A DNA stretch of 64,000 nucleotides from positions 75,037-139,036 of the IMG/VR virus record IMGVR_UViG_3300036770_002724. One strand, written 5' to 3'. Positions 55,752 through 63,928 of this stretch are shown in pieces; the stretch's first letter is position 1, and each line of letters begins with the position of its first letter. The notes under the pieces are model-generated. The model made no database searches, was not told where the DNA came from, and saw only the letters and a list, made by a program, of their open reading frames with translations. Made by a program: the position numbers and the translations under genes. The DNA comes from a virus.

Positions 55752-56791
55752 CGACTTTCCAAAAGAACTGGGGCGGGACCAACGGTCGGGGCTCATGGAA
55801 CAATGTCCCGACGGCGCAGACGACGGCTCTGGAGCAGTCGCAGAGTATGCTCTTTGCCCTCAAAGGGTGGCTCGTGAGCCTGGGCTGGACGGTCGATTGT
55901 AGTTCGGATAGCGTGTCGGCTTCGGGTCCGTCCGGCGGAACAGACTACTGGGTTTCGGAAACGAACCTTGTTTGGGCAGCGAGCGGGTCAGCACATTCTT
56001 GGATCTGGCTTCGGAGCCCCAACAACTTCCCGACTACGGGAAGAAACTACTGGCTCCTCATCGACTGCAACAACGCCAGCAACCATTTCGCGTCGTTCTC
56101 TTTTGCCTCGGGTGTCCCCACGGGTTCGGTTGCGGCGGGCGCGGGAAACTTCAACGTCAACTACTCGGGGACCGCGACGAACGCTAACGCCTTCGCCGCA
56201 AAGCAGTTTCGTCACACCTCCCTGGTGGCGAGCAAGTACCACATGCTCGGGACTACGGAGGGGGACTTCATCTTCACGACCTCCGAAGACCTGTCCGGCT
56301 ACTACCAGTTCGGATTGGCCATTCTCAAGACTCGCGACTACAAGACGGCAGATCTTTGGCCTGCCGTAGAGATCGCTAACTGGGTCAGGACAACGGTCAA
56401 CACGGTCAATCAGGGAGCCTGGGGTGTTCAGTCTCTCGGCCACGGCGCTACTACGGCGGTGAATGGACACCATGCGCTTACCGGAGCCGCAGGCGCAACG
56501 GCGGGTGTCGCCAATTTCTACGGCCAATCCAGCTATTCGCTTCAGGCACAGGCGTTCAATGACATCGACGGGCTTGAAGTTGACATGCCCGTAGTCATCT
56601 GGTCTCAGACGTCCCCTTCTCGGGACTTCCGGGGCTACTTGCCGGATATTCGGGCTGCTGCTACAGCCTCCATCACCACCCCTCCGACGCAGAACATTGG
56701 AGACGTAGAACCGACGTCCCCTCCGGCGACCATCGACTCAACGCGGGTAGGGGGCTTTTGGTTCCCCTGCGACGTCGTCCCGTCCCTTTGA
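55748..56791 (+). CDS. Putative virion structural protein (S/T/G/A/W-rich)
   Basis: 347 aa beta-type composition; context. Confidence 0.5.
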   Translation: MTTFQKNWGGTNGRGSWNNVPTAQTTALEQSQSMLFALKGWLVSLGWTVDCSSDSVSASGPSGGTDYWVSETNLVWAASGSAHSWIWLRSPNNFPTTGRNYWLLIDCNNASNHFASFSFASGVPTGSVAAGAGNFNVNYSGTATNANAFAAKQFRHTSLVASKYHMLGTTEGDFIFTTSEDLSGYYQFGLAILKTRDYKTADLWPAVEIANWVRTTVNTVNQGAWGVQSLGHGATTAVNGHHALTGAAGATAGVANFYGQSSYSLQAQAFNDIDGLEVDMPVVIWSQTSPSRDFRGYLPDIRAAATASITTPPTQNIGDVEPTSPPATIDSTRVGGFWFPCDVVPSL

Positions 56792-56802
56792 GGTAGTGAA
56801 GA

Positions 56803-57069
56803 ATGGCAGTCGTAGATCGCGCCCAAATACCGTATCCTCCGGCGAATCAATACCGGAACCCCTATTCGCGAGGAAATCGGGCTCAGACCAACTTCAACGG
56901 GCTGCTTTTCTTGACCTATCTGATGCGGGCTCTCGATTCGGGAACCGGGGGCTACGTCTACTGGACGACGACCAACCCTTTGGCGACGCCCACGACGACG
57001 AGCCCCCAGTTCACCGGGACGCTCTCCGCGACTTCGATCCAGCGGACGTACTACGCGAACATCGGGTAG
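56803..57069 (+). CDS. Small putative virion protein
   Basis: GAGGT RBS; Y/T/N-rich. Confidence 0.6.
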   Translation: MAVVDRAQIPYPPANQYRNPYSRGNRAQTNFNGLLFLTYLMRALDSGTGGYVYWTTTNPLATPTTTSPQFTGTLSATSIQRTYYANIG

Positions 57070-57093
57070 GGTAGACCGTCCGGGAGAGAGCGG

Positions 57094-57122
57094 AGCCCTG
57101 GTTTTTGCCGCTTCCCAGGGCT
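57094..57122. terminator. Hairpin between convergent genes
   Basis: AGCCCTGG / CCAGGGCT stem. Confidence 0.5.
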
Positions 57123-57128
57123 TGTCAA

Positions 57129-57455
57129 TCACTGAAGCAGAGCGGCGTCAGGTGTTGGACGCTCCTCTCCCGGACTCTCTGTCATGCCGCTGACGATGGA
57201 TGCCAGGACTTCCTGACGCAGTCGAACATCGGCCTCGGCCTTGAACCGTGCGGCGTCAATAGCGTGCTCCGGCGTCAGCCCGGAGCCGATCCATAGGATC
57301 ACCCCTTCCCGGTCCATGAAAGCGGCCACATAGGGCCGGTCACTGGACTCCTTGTAGGTCAGTTCGATCTGACCCTTGACCGCACCCGGTCGGTTTCCGT
57401 CGAGCGGCATCCAACCTGGCCCCATTCGACTCGCGATCTTTTTTGAGTTCATCAT
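57129..57455 (-). CDS. Hypothetical protein
   Basis: Start overlaps upstream TGA. Confidence 0.6.
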   Translation of the reverse strand: MMNSKKIASRMGPGWMPLDGNRPGAVKGQIELTYKESSDRPYVAAFMDREGVILWIGSGLTPEHAIDAARFKAEADVRLRQEVLASIVSGMTESPGEERPTPDAALLQ

Positions 57456-57637
57456 TCCCTTTTGTACTCGCACAGCCCCTGCTTTACCAGGTCATGCGCG
57501 ATTCGTCCGTATGACCCCTGGAGTACAGAGATCATCCCTGAGTCGATCAGCTTCTGGAAAAAGCTGATCGACTCGTCTTCGTCCATGTCCCCCGCCTCGA
57601 AGCGGAGGACCTGCTCAGTCAACTCAGTCAACTCCAT
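57452..57637 (-). CDS. Conserved small phage protein
   Basis: RFEAGDMDEDESISFFQKLIDSGM...LQGSYGR.A. Confidence 0.75.
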   Translation of the reverse strand: MELTELTEQVLRFEAGDMDEDESISFFQKLIDSGMISVLQGSYGRIAHDLVKQGLCEYKRE

Positions 57638-57646
57638 GACTCCCTT

Positions 57647-58087
57647 TCAGGACCAGGCGAGATCCCGCTCCAGATCCCGCTGCCGGTCCATCTCCTCCGC
57701 ATACCTGCGGTCAGCCTCCACCTGGAGGTGCTGGATGGCGCGGCTCTCTGCGATGAGCCGCGCAAGCTCCACGAGGGCTCCCGAAAGGGAGTCGTGGAGC
57801 GAGTGCTCCACGGGCTCGCACCCGTAGAGCCCAACCGAGGGGTCGGAGGCATCGACCAGCCGGTCGATAGCCCACCGGACCATCGGGCGGGAGCCCGCGA
57901 TGGTCCTCTTCTCCCCCATGATGGGGTAGAGGTCGAACTCATGGTCCACCATGACGGAGGCCACGGGCTCCCCGTCCCGCCCGTCATGGTCCGACCCCGA
58001 CACCACCTCAAGGTGGACAGGTCGGCTGAACATGTCCTCCAGGTAGGTCTGGAGGAAGTTCACGGTGTTGTCGGTGTTGTGCTCCAT
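57647..58087 (-). CDS. Hypothetical protein, putative leaderless early gene
   Basis: ATG 7 nt after class A motif. Confidence 0.75.
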   Translation of the reverse strand: MEHNTDNTVNFLQTYLEDMFSRPVHLEVVSGSDHDGRDGEPVASVMVDHEFDLYPIMGEKRTIAGSRPMVRWAIDRLVDASDPSVGLYGCEPVEHSLHDSLSGALVELARLIAESRAIQHLQVEADRRYAEEMDRQRDLERDLAWS

Positions 58088-58094
58088 GTCTAAG

Positions 58095-58172
58095 CTACTC
58101 GTGACCAAGCCCCGTTTAGCCACAATCGGCATCTTCACCTTTTGTGGCTAAACGGGGGCCGCTCACGGATAG
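58095..58172. promoter_or_regulatory. Divergent pair of class A motifs (copy 6 at 58095-58125 minus; copy 7 at 58142-58172 plus)
   Basis: Both N13, both 7 nt to ATG. Confidence 0.85.
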
Positions 58173-58179
58173 GTTTGGC

Positions 58180-58383
58180 ATGAACGACCTCGACGCCCTG
58201 TTCACCACCATCGCCAAGCGGGAGCTTTGCATCGAGTCGCTGGAGACGCGGAACATGGACTCCAGCGACTTCCACGAGGTCGCTGTCTGGTCCGTGAAGG
58301 CAGCCCTTGAGGCTGCCTATCAGGCGGGACTCGCCGCCGGATCGAAGAGCCGTCAGGCTCGACGGAAGGGGACCAGTCGTTAG
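58180..58383 (+). CDS. DUF6900-like small protein
   Basis: IAKREL.IESLETRNMDSSDFHEVAVWSVKAALEAAYQAG. Confidence 0.75.
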   Translation: MNDLDALFTTIAKRELCIESLETRNMDSSDFHEVAVWSVKAALEAAYQAGLAAGSKSRQARRKGTSR

Positions 58384-58406
58384 CCCTTCGATAGCCCGGG
58401 AGAGGT

Positions 58407-58709
58407 ATGAGCACTCCCGGCACCCCTATCGTATCTCGTATCTCCGTCTCGGTCAGCTTCGGAGAATTTCAGTTCTCTGGTCCTACCCAGTTTCTTCAGG
58501 TCAGTAATGAAGGGGCGAACGCCATCCGGATTTACTTCACGGCCCAAGATTTCACCTTGGACCAGAACTACATCACGCTCGCGCCTACGGTCGGGTACTT
58601 TGAAGGCCCCGTCGCTCTAGGGGAGAACGCCTCTTCCCTCTTTCTTCGCGCAGTAGGCGGAACTTCGGCTTCCGTGGTCGTCGTCGGGTACAAGCCGCTA
58701 GCCTCTTGA
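58407..58709 (+). CDS. Small beta-sandwich putative virion protein
   Basis: GAGG RBS; jelly-roll-like alternating pattern. Confidence 0.55.
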   Translation: MSTPGTPIVSRISVSVSFGEFQFSGPTQFLQVSNEGANAIRIYFTAQDFTLDQNYITLAPTVGYFEGPVALGENASSLFLRAVGGTSASVVVVGYKPLAS

Positions 58710-58724
58710 TTCTGAGGTCCGAAC

Positions 58725-60884
58725 ATGCAGAACAGGTCACTCGCCGCTCTCGCGGCGCTCACCCTTTCCGGGGGAGCGGTCGTCGCCTGGAATCAACTTG
58801 GCCCGCTATCCTGGGGCGACAGGCTCCAGCTTGTAACCCCCAACTTCGACGCGAGCATCTGGTATCCTCCGGATTCGGGTCCCGGAGTCCCAGACTCGGG
58901 CGTCATCGACATCGTTCTTTGGCTCTCTCAGAGCTACGGGGACCCGGGGAGCAACTACGGGCCTCCTTACTACTCCGGGGTCCAGTATTGCTCGGATGAC
59001 GCGACGGTTTGCGCCTATCGGGCCGAAGACGGGGGAGTCTTTGCTGCCGTCGAGCCCGACTCCGGATTGGGGATCACGCCCCAGGTAGGGGCGATCCAAG
59101 TTCTCGGGCGGGCTCTTGACCGTCCGGTCGTCCTCATTGATCGCGCCTTTCCAGGGGCCTTTGTTTCTGCCTACAGCACGGTCACGATGCTCTCTGACCT
59201 CGACGATGCCGTGTCCTGGGTGAACGCTCAGGGGGCGCAGGCAAGAATCTCGATCCTTACCGACAACTCGGGAGGTTATCGGGAGGCGCTGAACGGAGAC
59301 CCGTTCAGCACCTACACTACGGCTCTCGAAGTTCACCGAACCGCCGTGAACGACCACATCGCGAGTCGCATCGACGCGGGTACGCCAGGATGGCTCCCCA
59401 GTTTTTCTGGCGTTCGCTTCGCTCTCAACAGCGGAACGGCCCAGCAGTGGGGTCCAGGGGGTATTTCTCGCCACCCGTACAACGGAGACTTCGTCCCCTA
59501 TACGGACAACCTGGCTAACAACGCGGCTCTTTGCGGTCAGCTATACAACGTCGAAACGGGAATCGACGAACTACACCCGGACGTAGCGGGAGGGATCGCG
59601 ATGGCCGACCTCTACGGTCGGTGTTGGGAGCGGATGATTCAAGGGACGCCTACTCGGGTAAGCGCGAGCCTTCAAGGGGTGACGATGTTGGACTCGACGA
59701 CTCTTCGCGCCACGTTCTTTGTCCCTTGTCGCGCCGAAGGAGTTTGTTCAGACGACCCCCCGATCAGCTTGAACACCACCGCCGTCGTAGGTCAGCAGAC
59801 GGCAGGGAACGTCCTCACTTACGGTTTCCATTTCTATCTGAGCGGGGTTCTACAGACTCCAGGCGCTGCGACGGCGGTGACCCCGCTTTCTTGTCCTGTC
59901 CCGGCGACACTATGCGACGTAGAGATCGAATTCGCCTCTTTGCCGAACTTTGACCAGATCAGCTATGCGGATACGGCAGAGCCGAATACGGCGGTGAGCC
60001 CGACGAACCCTCGCGGCGGCGGAGGAAACTTCATCGCGAACATCAATCCTGATGCGGGCGGGACTTGCGGCGACTACTCGCCTTGCGGCGACTGGACCGT
60101 ATCGAATGTCGTTTCAGTCTCTCCCTTTGATGCGGGAGCCGACGGGGGTGTGGACGGAGGTGTGGACGGAGGACCCGACGGAGGTGTTTACACGAACCAG
60201 TACTTCATTGAGAGCAACTCTGGGGGGTATCTGGAACTCAATCCGGTCCCGGCGGCGCTCAACCTTCTTGGTGACTTCACCGTATGCTTCGCTGTCCGGA
60301 ATCGAGGGACTTTCGCCCCTCCGATCTCGCGGTGGCAGGCTGGGGGGGCCGCGCAAGAGATGTTTTGGTTCATGGGAAGAATCGGGTCGGAATGGGCCAC
60401 GGGGATCGAACAAGGGGGGCAGGGGATGACCGTGACGAGCCCGACCGTCGTAGACGACCAATGGACGCACGTTTGCTTGATCATCGCGGGGGCGTTGAGC
60501 CAGACCTGGATTGATGGTCAGTTGGCGACGTTCGTCGTCAACGGACCCCCGCCGAACCCGGTTACCGATGACGGGGTTCCGCTCAGGTTCCTCGGAGAGA
60601 ACCCCCTGTACTCAGCAAACTCGGATCTGGATAGCGTCGTCTTCTACAACGCGATCCTTTCGCAGACGGACATGGACGCCCACCGCTGTGTACTGACCAA
60701 CATCGTCGGAGGAAACCCCTGTTCAGGTCAGGTCTTGGCGGATGTGCAGAATACCACCGGATACGTTGAGGCGTACCTGTTCGACCTGCTAGGGAGCCCG
60801 GAGACGAGTTACTCGAACACGTTGAACCGGAACTTCTCTGCGGGTGGGTCTGGGGTCAACCAAGTAGCGAGCCCCTTGCCGTGA
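58725..60884 (+). CDS. Signal-peptide protein with SGNH-like esterase domain, DAG/DGG linker and LamG-like lectin domain
   Basis: N-terminal hydrophobic stretch; LWLSQSYG and DELHP; DAGADGGVDGGVDGGPDGG; WTHVCL...TWIDG...LDSVVFYN..LS. Confidence 0.65.
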   Translation: MQNRSLAALAALTLSGGAVVAWNQLGPLSWGDRLQLVTPNFDASIWYPPDSGPGVPDSGVIDIVLWLSQSYGDPGSNYGPPYYSGVQYCSDDATVCAYRAEDGGVFAAVEPDSGLGITPQVGAIQVLGRALDRPVVLIDRAFPGAFVSAYSTVTMLSDLDDAVSWVNAQGAQARISILTDNSGGYREALNGDPFSTYTTALEVHRTAVNDHIASRIDAGTPGWLPSFSGVRFALNSGTAQQWGPGGISRHPYNGDFVPYTDNLANNAALCGQLYNVETGIDELHPDVAGGIAMADLYGRCWERMIQGTPTRVSASLQGVTMLDSTTLRATFFVPCRAEGVCSDDPPISLNTTAVVGQQTAGNVLTYGFHFYLSGVLQTPGAATAVTPLSCPVPATLCDVEIEFASLPNFDQISYADTAEPNTAVSPTNPRGGGGNFIANINPDAGGTCGDYSPCGDWTVSNVVSVSPFDAGADGGVDGGVDGGPDGGVYTNQYFIESNSGGYLELNPVPAALNLLGDFTVCFAVRNRGTFAPPISRWQAGGAAQEMFWFMGRIGSEWATGIEQGGQGMTVTSPTVVDDQWTHVCLIIAGALSQTWIDGQLATFVVNGPPPNPVTDDGVPLRFLGENPLYSANSDLDSVVFYNAILSQTDMDAHRCVLTNIVGGNPCSGQVLADVQNTTGYVEAYLFDLLGSPETSYSNTLNRNFSAGGSGVNQVASPLP

Positions 60885-61264
60885 AGACCAAGAACTTCAG
60901 CTTGGGCGAGCTACGTTGTAAATGCGGCTGTAAGATGCCCGCGTCCGTCATCGTCCGGCTGGAGAGGCTGATGGCCCAACTGGAGGTCATCCGAGCGGAG
61001 GTCAAAGCCCCCGTCCAAGTGATCTCAGGCTACCGCTGCGAGAAGCGGAACCGGGCTGTGGGTGGCGCGAAAGAATCCCGCCACCTCTGGGGCGACGCCG
61101 TGGACCTTCAAGTCGAAGGGCGCACCGGCAAGGAACTACGGGAGATCGTTGAGGGGCTCATCGCCTTTGGCAAGATCCCGGATGGAGGGTTGGGAACCTA
61201 CGAGTCCCGCCCTCGGACCCTCCATTACGACATGCGATTGACCCCCGCTCGATGGCACACCTGA
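60881..61264 (+). CDS. Peptidase M15A (Zn D-Ala-D-Ala carboxypeptidase-like) lysin
   Basis: NFS..EL.CKCGC, SGYRC...N..VGGA..SRHL.GDAVD, LHYD. Confidence 0.9.
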   Translation: MKTKNFSLGELRCKCGCKMPASVIVRLERLMAQLEVIRAEVKAPVQVISGYRCEKRNRAVGGAKESRHLWGDAVDLQVEGRTGKELREIVEGLIAFGKIPDGGLGTYESRPRTLHYDMRLTPARWHT

Positions 61265-61265
61265 G

Positions 61266-61886
61266 CTACGACGGAAGTTCTTCGTCCGAGGCCCGGGGGA
61301 TGGCTCCGGTCCATCGCCAAAGGTCAGGCGGAAACAAGATCTGGACTTGATCTCCGCCTACGTTCGTCTGGATGAGCAGGTTGCCGTCGTCCTGAAGGAA
61401 CGCCTTCCCAGCCAGGTTCGCAGGCTTCATCTTGACCTCGGAGTAGACCTGCTCCAGTACCTCGACCCCTTCGTCCGTGAAGATGACGTGGGGGCTCATG
61501 TCCATCTGATCGATTTTCCCGCGCCGTTTTCTTTGCTTGCAGGGGGCGCACATGGGCTGCCAGTTCGACAGGTCGTCGGACGTCCCGACGGACTTGGGGA
61601 AGATGGAATCCTTCACCATGAGGATTTCTTGTCCTTCGGCGTCTTCGGCGTAGAGGTTGAACTGGAACGTGTTTTCCTCAGATCGACGTTCCTTGAAGAA
61701 CTTTCGGCCTTCGATTCCACAGCGGGCACAGCGCAGTCCGTACCGAGCGAACGTCCGCAAACGGTCACTTCCCATCTCTACGGGATCCCCGTCAAACACG
61801 ACCTTGGAGTCCGGGTTTCGCTTTGATCTCCGAACGACCAGCGGAAGAATCTCGAATGGGGCGTAGGCTTTCCCTTTGCGGATCAT
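61266..61886 (-). CDS. HNH-like domain protein with degenerate active site plus C-terminal domain
   Basis: CARC...VKDSIFPKS...DDLSNWQPMCAPCKQRK. Confidence 0.7.
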   Translation of the reverse strand: MIRKGKAYAPFEILPLVVRRSKRNPDSKVVFDGDPVEMGSDRLRTFARYGLRCARCGIEGRKFFKERRSEENTFQFNLYAEDAEGQEILMVKDSIFPKSVGTSDDLSNWQPMCAPCKQRKRRGKIDQMDMSPHVIFTDEGVEVLEQVYSEVKMKPANLAGKAFLQDDGNLLIQTNVGGDQVQILFPPDLWRWTGAIPRASDEELPS

Positions 61887-61939
61887 CTGAGGTAACCTAG
61901 AGATAGATAGCTATCGAAGGAGCGGAGGTCTCTTACGAC

Positions 61940-62206
61940 GTGGAACGGAAACTAAAGAAGACCCTGCGGCTTCAGGCTTACCACAAGCAGGTCAAGTCAG
62001 CTTTTGAGAAACAGCTTGATCGGGGGATCAAGAGGATCCGGGAAGCGGCGCAGGGTCGAACTTGTGGGGGATGCCGACACTACAGCGCGCCTCTTTGCCT
62101 CTATCACGTCAGCCCCTCAACGGGAGGGTCGTTGACGGTCCTCCGGGCAGAGGCCCCTGCTTGTCCGCAGTGGGATCCTATCAGGAAGGGGTCTGGCGGG
62201 CTTTGA
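61940..62206 (+). CDS. Small Cys-containing protein
   Basis: TCGGCRHY...C...AC..W. Confidence 0.65.
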   Translation: MERKLKKTLRLQAYHKQVKSAFEKQLDRGIKRIREAAQGRTCGGCRHYSAPLCLYHVSPSTGGSLTVLRAEAPACPQWDPIRKGSGGL

Positions 62207-62492
62207 TGCGGTCAATGGCGCTCAGGATCTCTCGGATCTGATTGACCATAGCCCAGGGGACTCGGGGTGCAACCGGGGACTCTCCTGGCTCGAACAGCTT
62301 GCAGATGTCGGGAGGCAAACCGATGCTCTCCGGTCGCACCAGCACCCCTGCTTGGAGGAGAGCGATCTCGGCATTGAGGTAGGTGTCGCCCTCCTGGTCG
62401 TAATCGCAGTAGTGCGTAGGACCCACCTGTACCGAGAGCTTCACGTCCCCGTACACTTCGTGGGGCCACGGATCTCTGGGCATCGTGTACAT
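62181..62492 (-). CDS. Hypothetical protein
   Basis: GGAGG RBS. Confidence 0.65.
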   Translation of the reverse strand: MYTMPRDPWPHEVYGDVKLSVQVGPTHYCDYDQEGDTYLNAEIALLQAGVLVRPESIGLPPDICKLFEPGESPVAPRVPWAMVNQIREILSAIDRIKARQTPS

Positions 62493-62501
62493 CGAAACCT
62501 C

Positions 62502-62859
62502 CTATGACGCAAGGCCCGCATCAAACATCGGGATGATGACTTGGGGGTTCCATACCGGCTTGGGGGCCAGGAAAATCGACGTCAACGGGTGATGCTGGAA
62601 CATGAGCCAGTTCCCCATGACCTCGGCCTTTTTCCTGGCTTCCTCCAAGGTCGGAAAATCCTTGCCCCCCTGAAGGATCATCCGGTTGCTGTCACCGTCG
62701 GACACAGAGACGGCTTCCACCGCGTAAGCTCCGGGTCCACCGTAAATCCGCAGGACGACCTGCTGATCCTCGGTCCTCTGACCTGCCTCGTAGCCCCAGA
62801 ACGACCGGGCTCCGCTCTCCGACCACGACCAGTCGGAGGGGGTTCGCGGGGTCGAGGGC
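62502..62859 (-). CDS. Globular-looking reading frame lacking an obvious start
   Basis: DWSWSESGARSFWGYE...; no ATG/GTG/TTG near its 5' end. Confidence 0.4.
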
Positions 62860-63120
62860 TTAGGCTCCGTCGTCTTCCTCGTCTTCCGTTTCGGGGTTGA
62901 GGTCTTCGACGTCTTCGAGGTAGCCCTCCTCGTAGGGGTCACTTTCGTCCTCGAAGTCTTCGAGGTCTTCGTCGCCCTCGTCTTCGCCTTCGTCGTCGCC
63001 TTCGTCGTCCTCGTCGTCTTCAAAGTCGTCACCATCGTCCTCATCGTTCGGGTCCGAATCGGACTCGAAGTCCTTCCGCTCCTCGTACTCGGAAGCGGTC
63101 CCCTTTTTACGTTCCGGCAT
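62860..63120 (-). CDS. Extremely acidic 86-aa protein (possible DNA mimic)
   Basis: About 49 of 86 residues D/E by hand count; AGGAGG RBS. Confidence 0.75.
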   Translation of the reverse strand: MPERKKGTASEYEERKDFESDSDPNDEDDGDDFEDDEDDEGDDEGEDEGDEDLEDFEDESDPYEEGYLEDVEDLNPETEDEEDDGA

Positions 63121-63132
63121 GGTTCCTCCTGC

Positions 63133-63546
63133 TCACTGATAGCTATAGGGCGGCGGAGCGTAGCCCAGAGCGACCGCCGCCGCAAGGAAGGCCCGACGGT
63201 GCTCGTCGGCCTGCGCGGTTCGCAGGGGAAGCCCCCGGGAGCGCGCCTTCCTGCTGACCCCCTCCCAGTACTCCATGCGGTCGAGGAGGTGGTCATACAC
63301 CATCTCGCGCTCCAGGCCGGAGAGGTCGTCCCAGAGACGGGACTTGGAGGGGCTCACCGGCAGCGTGAACCCGAGCTTCACCGCCGCAGCGGCGCCGCAG
63401 CCGTTGTTGAACACCGGGCCGGTGTAGGAGGTCAGGACCTCCTCCACCACCTTCCGGTGATCCTTCGCAACATCCTCCCAAGCCGGGAGGGTCATGGTCA
63501 TGGTCGTGCTCATGGTCGTGCTCATGGTCGTGCTCATGGTCTTCAC
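63133..63546 (-). CDS. Hypothetical protein with MSTT-repeat N-terminus
   Basis: 12-bp tandem repeat x3 at 63499-63534. Confidence 0.65.
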   Translation of the reverse strand: MKTMSTTMSTTMSTTMTMTLPAWEDVAKDHRKVVEEVLTSYTGPVFNNGCGAAAAVKLGFTLPVSPSKSRLWDDLSGLEREMVYDHLLDRMEYWEGVSRKARSRGLPLRTAQADEHRRAFLAAAVALGYAPPPYSYQ

Positions 63547-63806
63547 CAGTACACCCTCATCGTCTCGTCCCCGATGTACGGGGCCATCTCAGTAGGGCGC
63601 CCGTCGGCCTCCCACTTCGCGCATCCCTGGGGTCCGAGCCACTTGACGTAGCCGAACCCCTTGTAGTTGTTGGTGTCCATCAGGACACCTTCCAGCACTC
63701 TCGCGAGTGCCGTCCGGGTCTCCGACCCCGACTGGGGGTCGGCCAGCATCAGGTTGATGCGCTTCCGCAGCGCCTCAACCTCAACCGTCTTTCGCTTCCT
63801 CGCCAT
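63543..63806 (-). CDS. Hypothetical protein, putative leaderless early gene
   Basis: MARKRKTVEV start 7 nt after class A motif. Confidence 0.75.
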   Translation of the reverse strand: MARKRKTVEVEALRKRINLMLADPQSGSETRTALARVLEGVLMDTNNYKGFGYVKWLGPQGCAKWEADGRPTEMAPYIGDETMRVYW

Positions 63807-63813
63807 GACATAG

Positions 63814-63921
63814 CTATCCCGAACCACGCTCGGTTTAGCCACAAAAAAACAGGAATCGTACAAGACCCCATAATCGCTGCGGTTTTACGATTGTGGCTAA
63901 ACGGGGTCGGGTCGCGGATAG
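63814..63921. promoter_or_regulatory. Divergent pair of class A motifs (copy 8 at 63814-63844 minus; copy 9 at 63891-63921 plus)
   Basis: Both N13, both 7 nt to ATG. Confidence 0.85.
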
Positions 63922-63928
63922 GTATGTC

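Noticed and set aside
517-63921. CRISPR repeats or attachment sites as the explanation for the 31-bp motif
   Set aside because: Copies are dispersed, on both strands, not separated by regular spacers, and sit at a fixed distance from start codons
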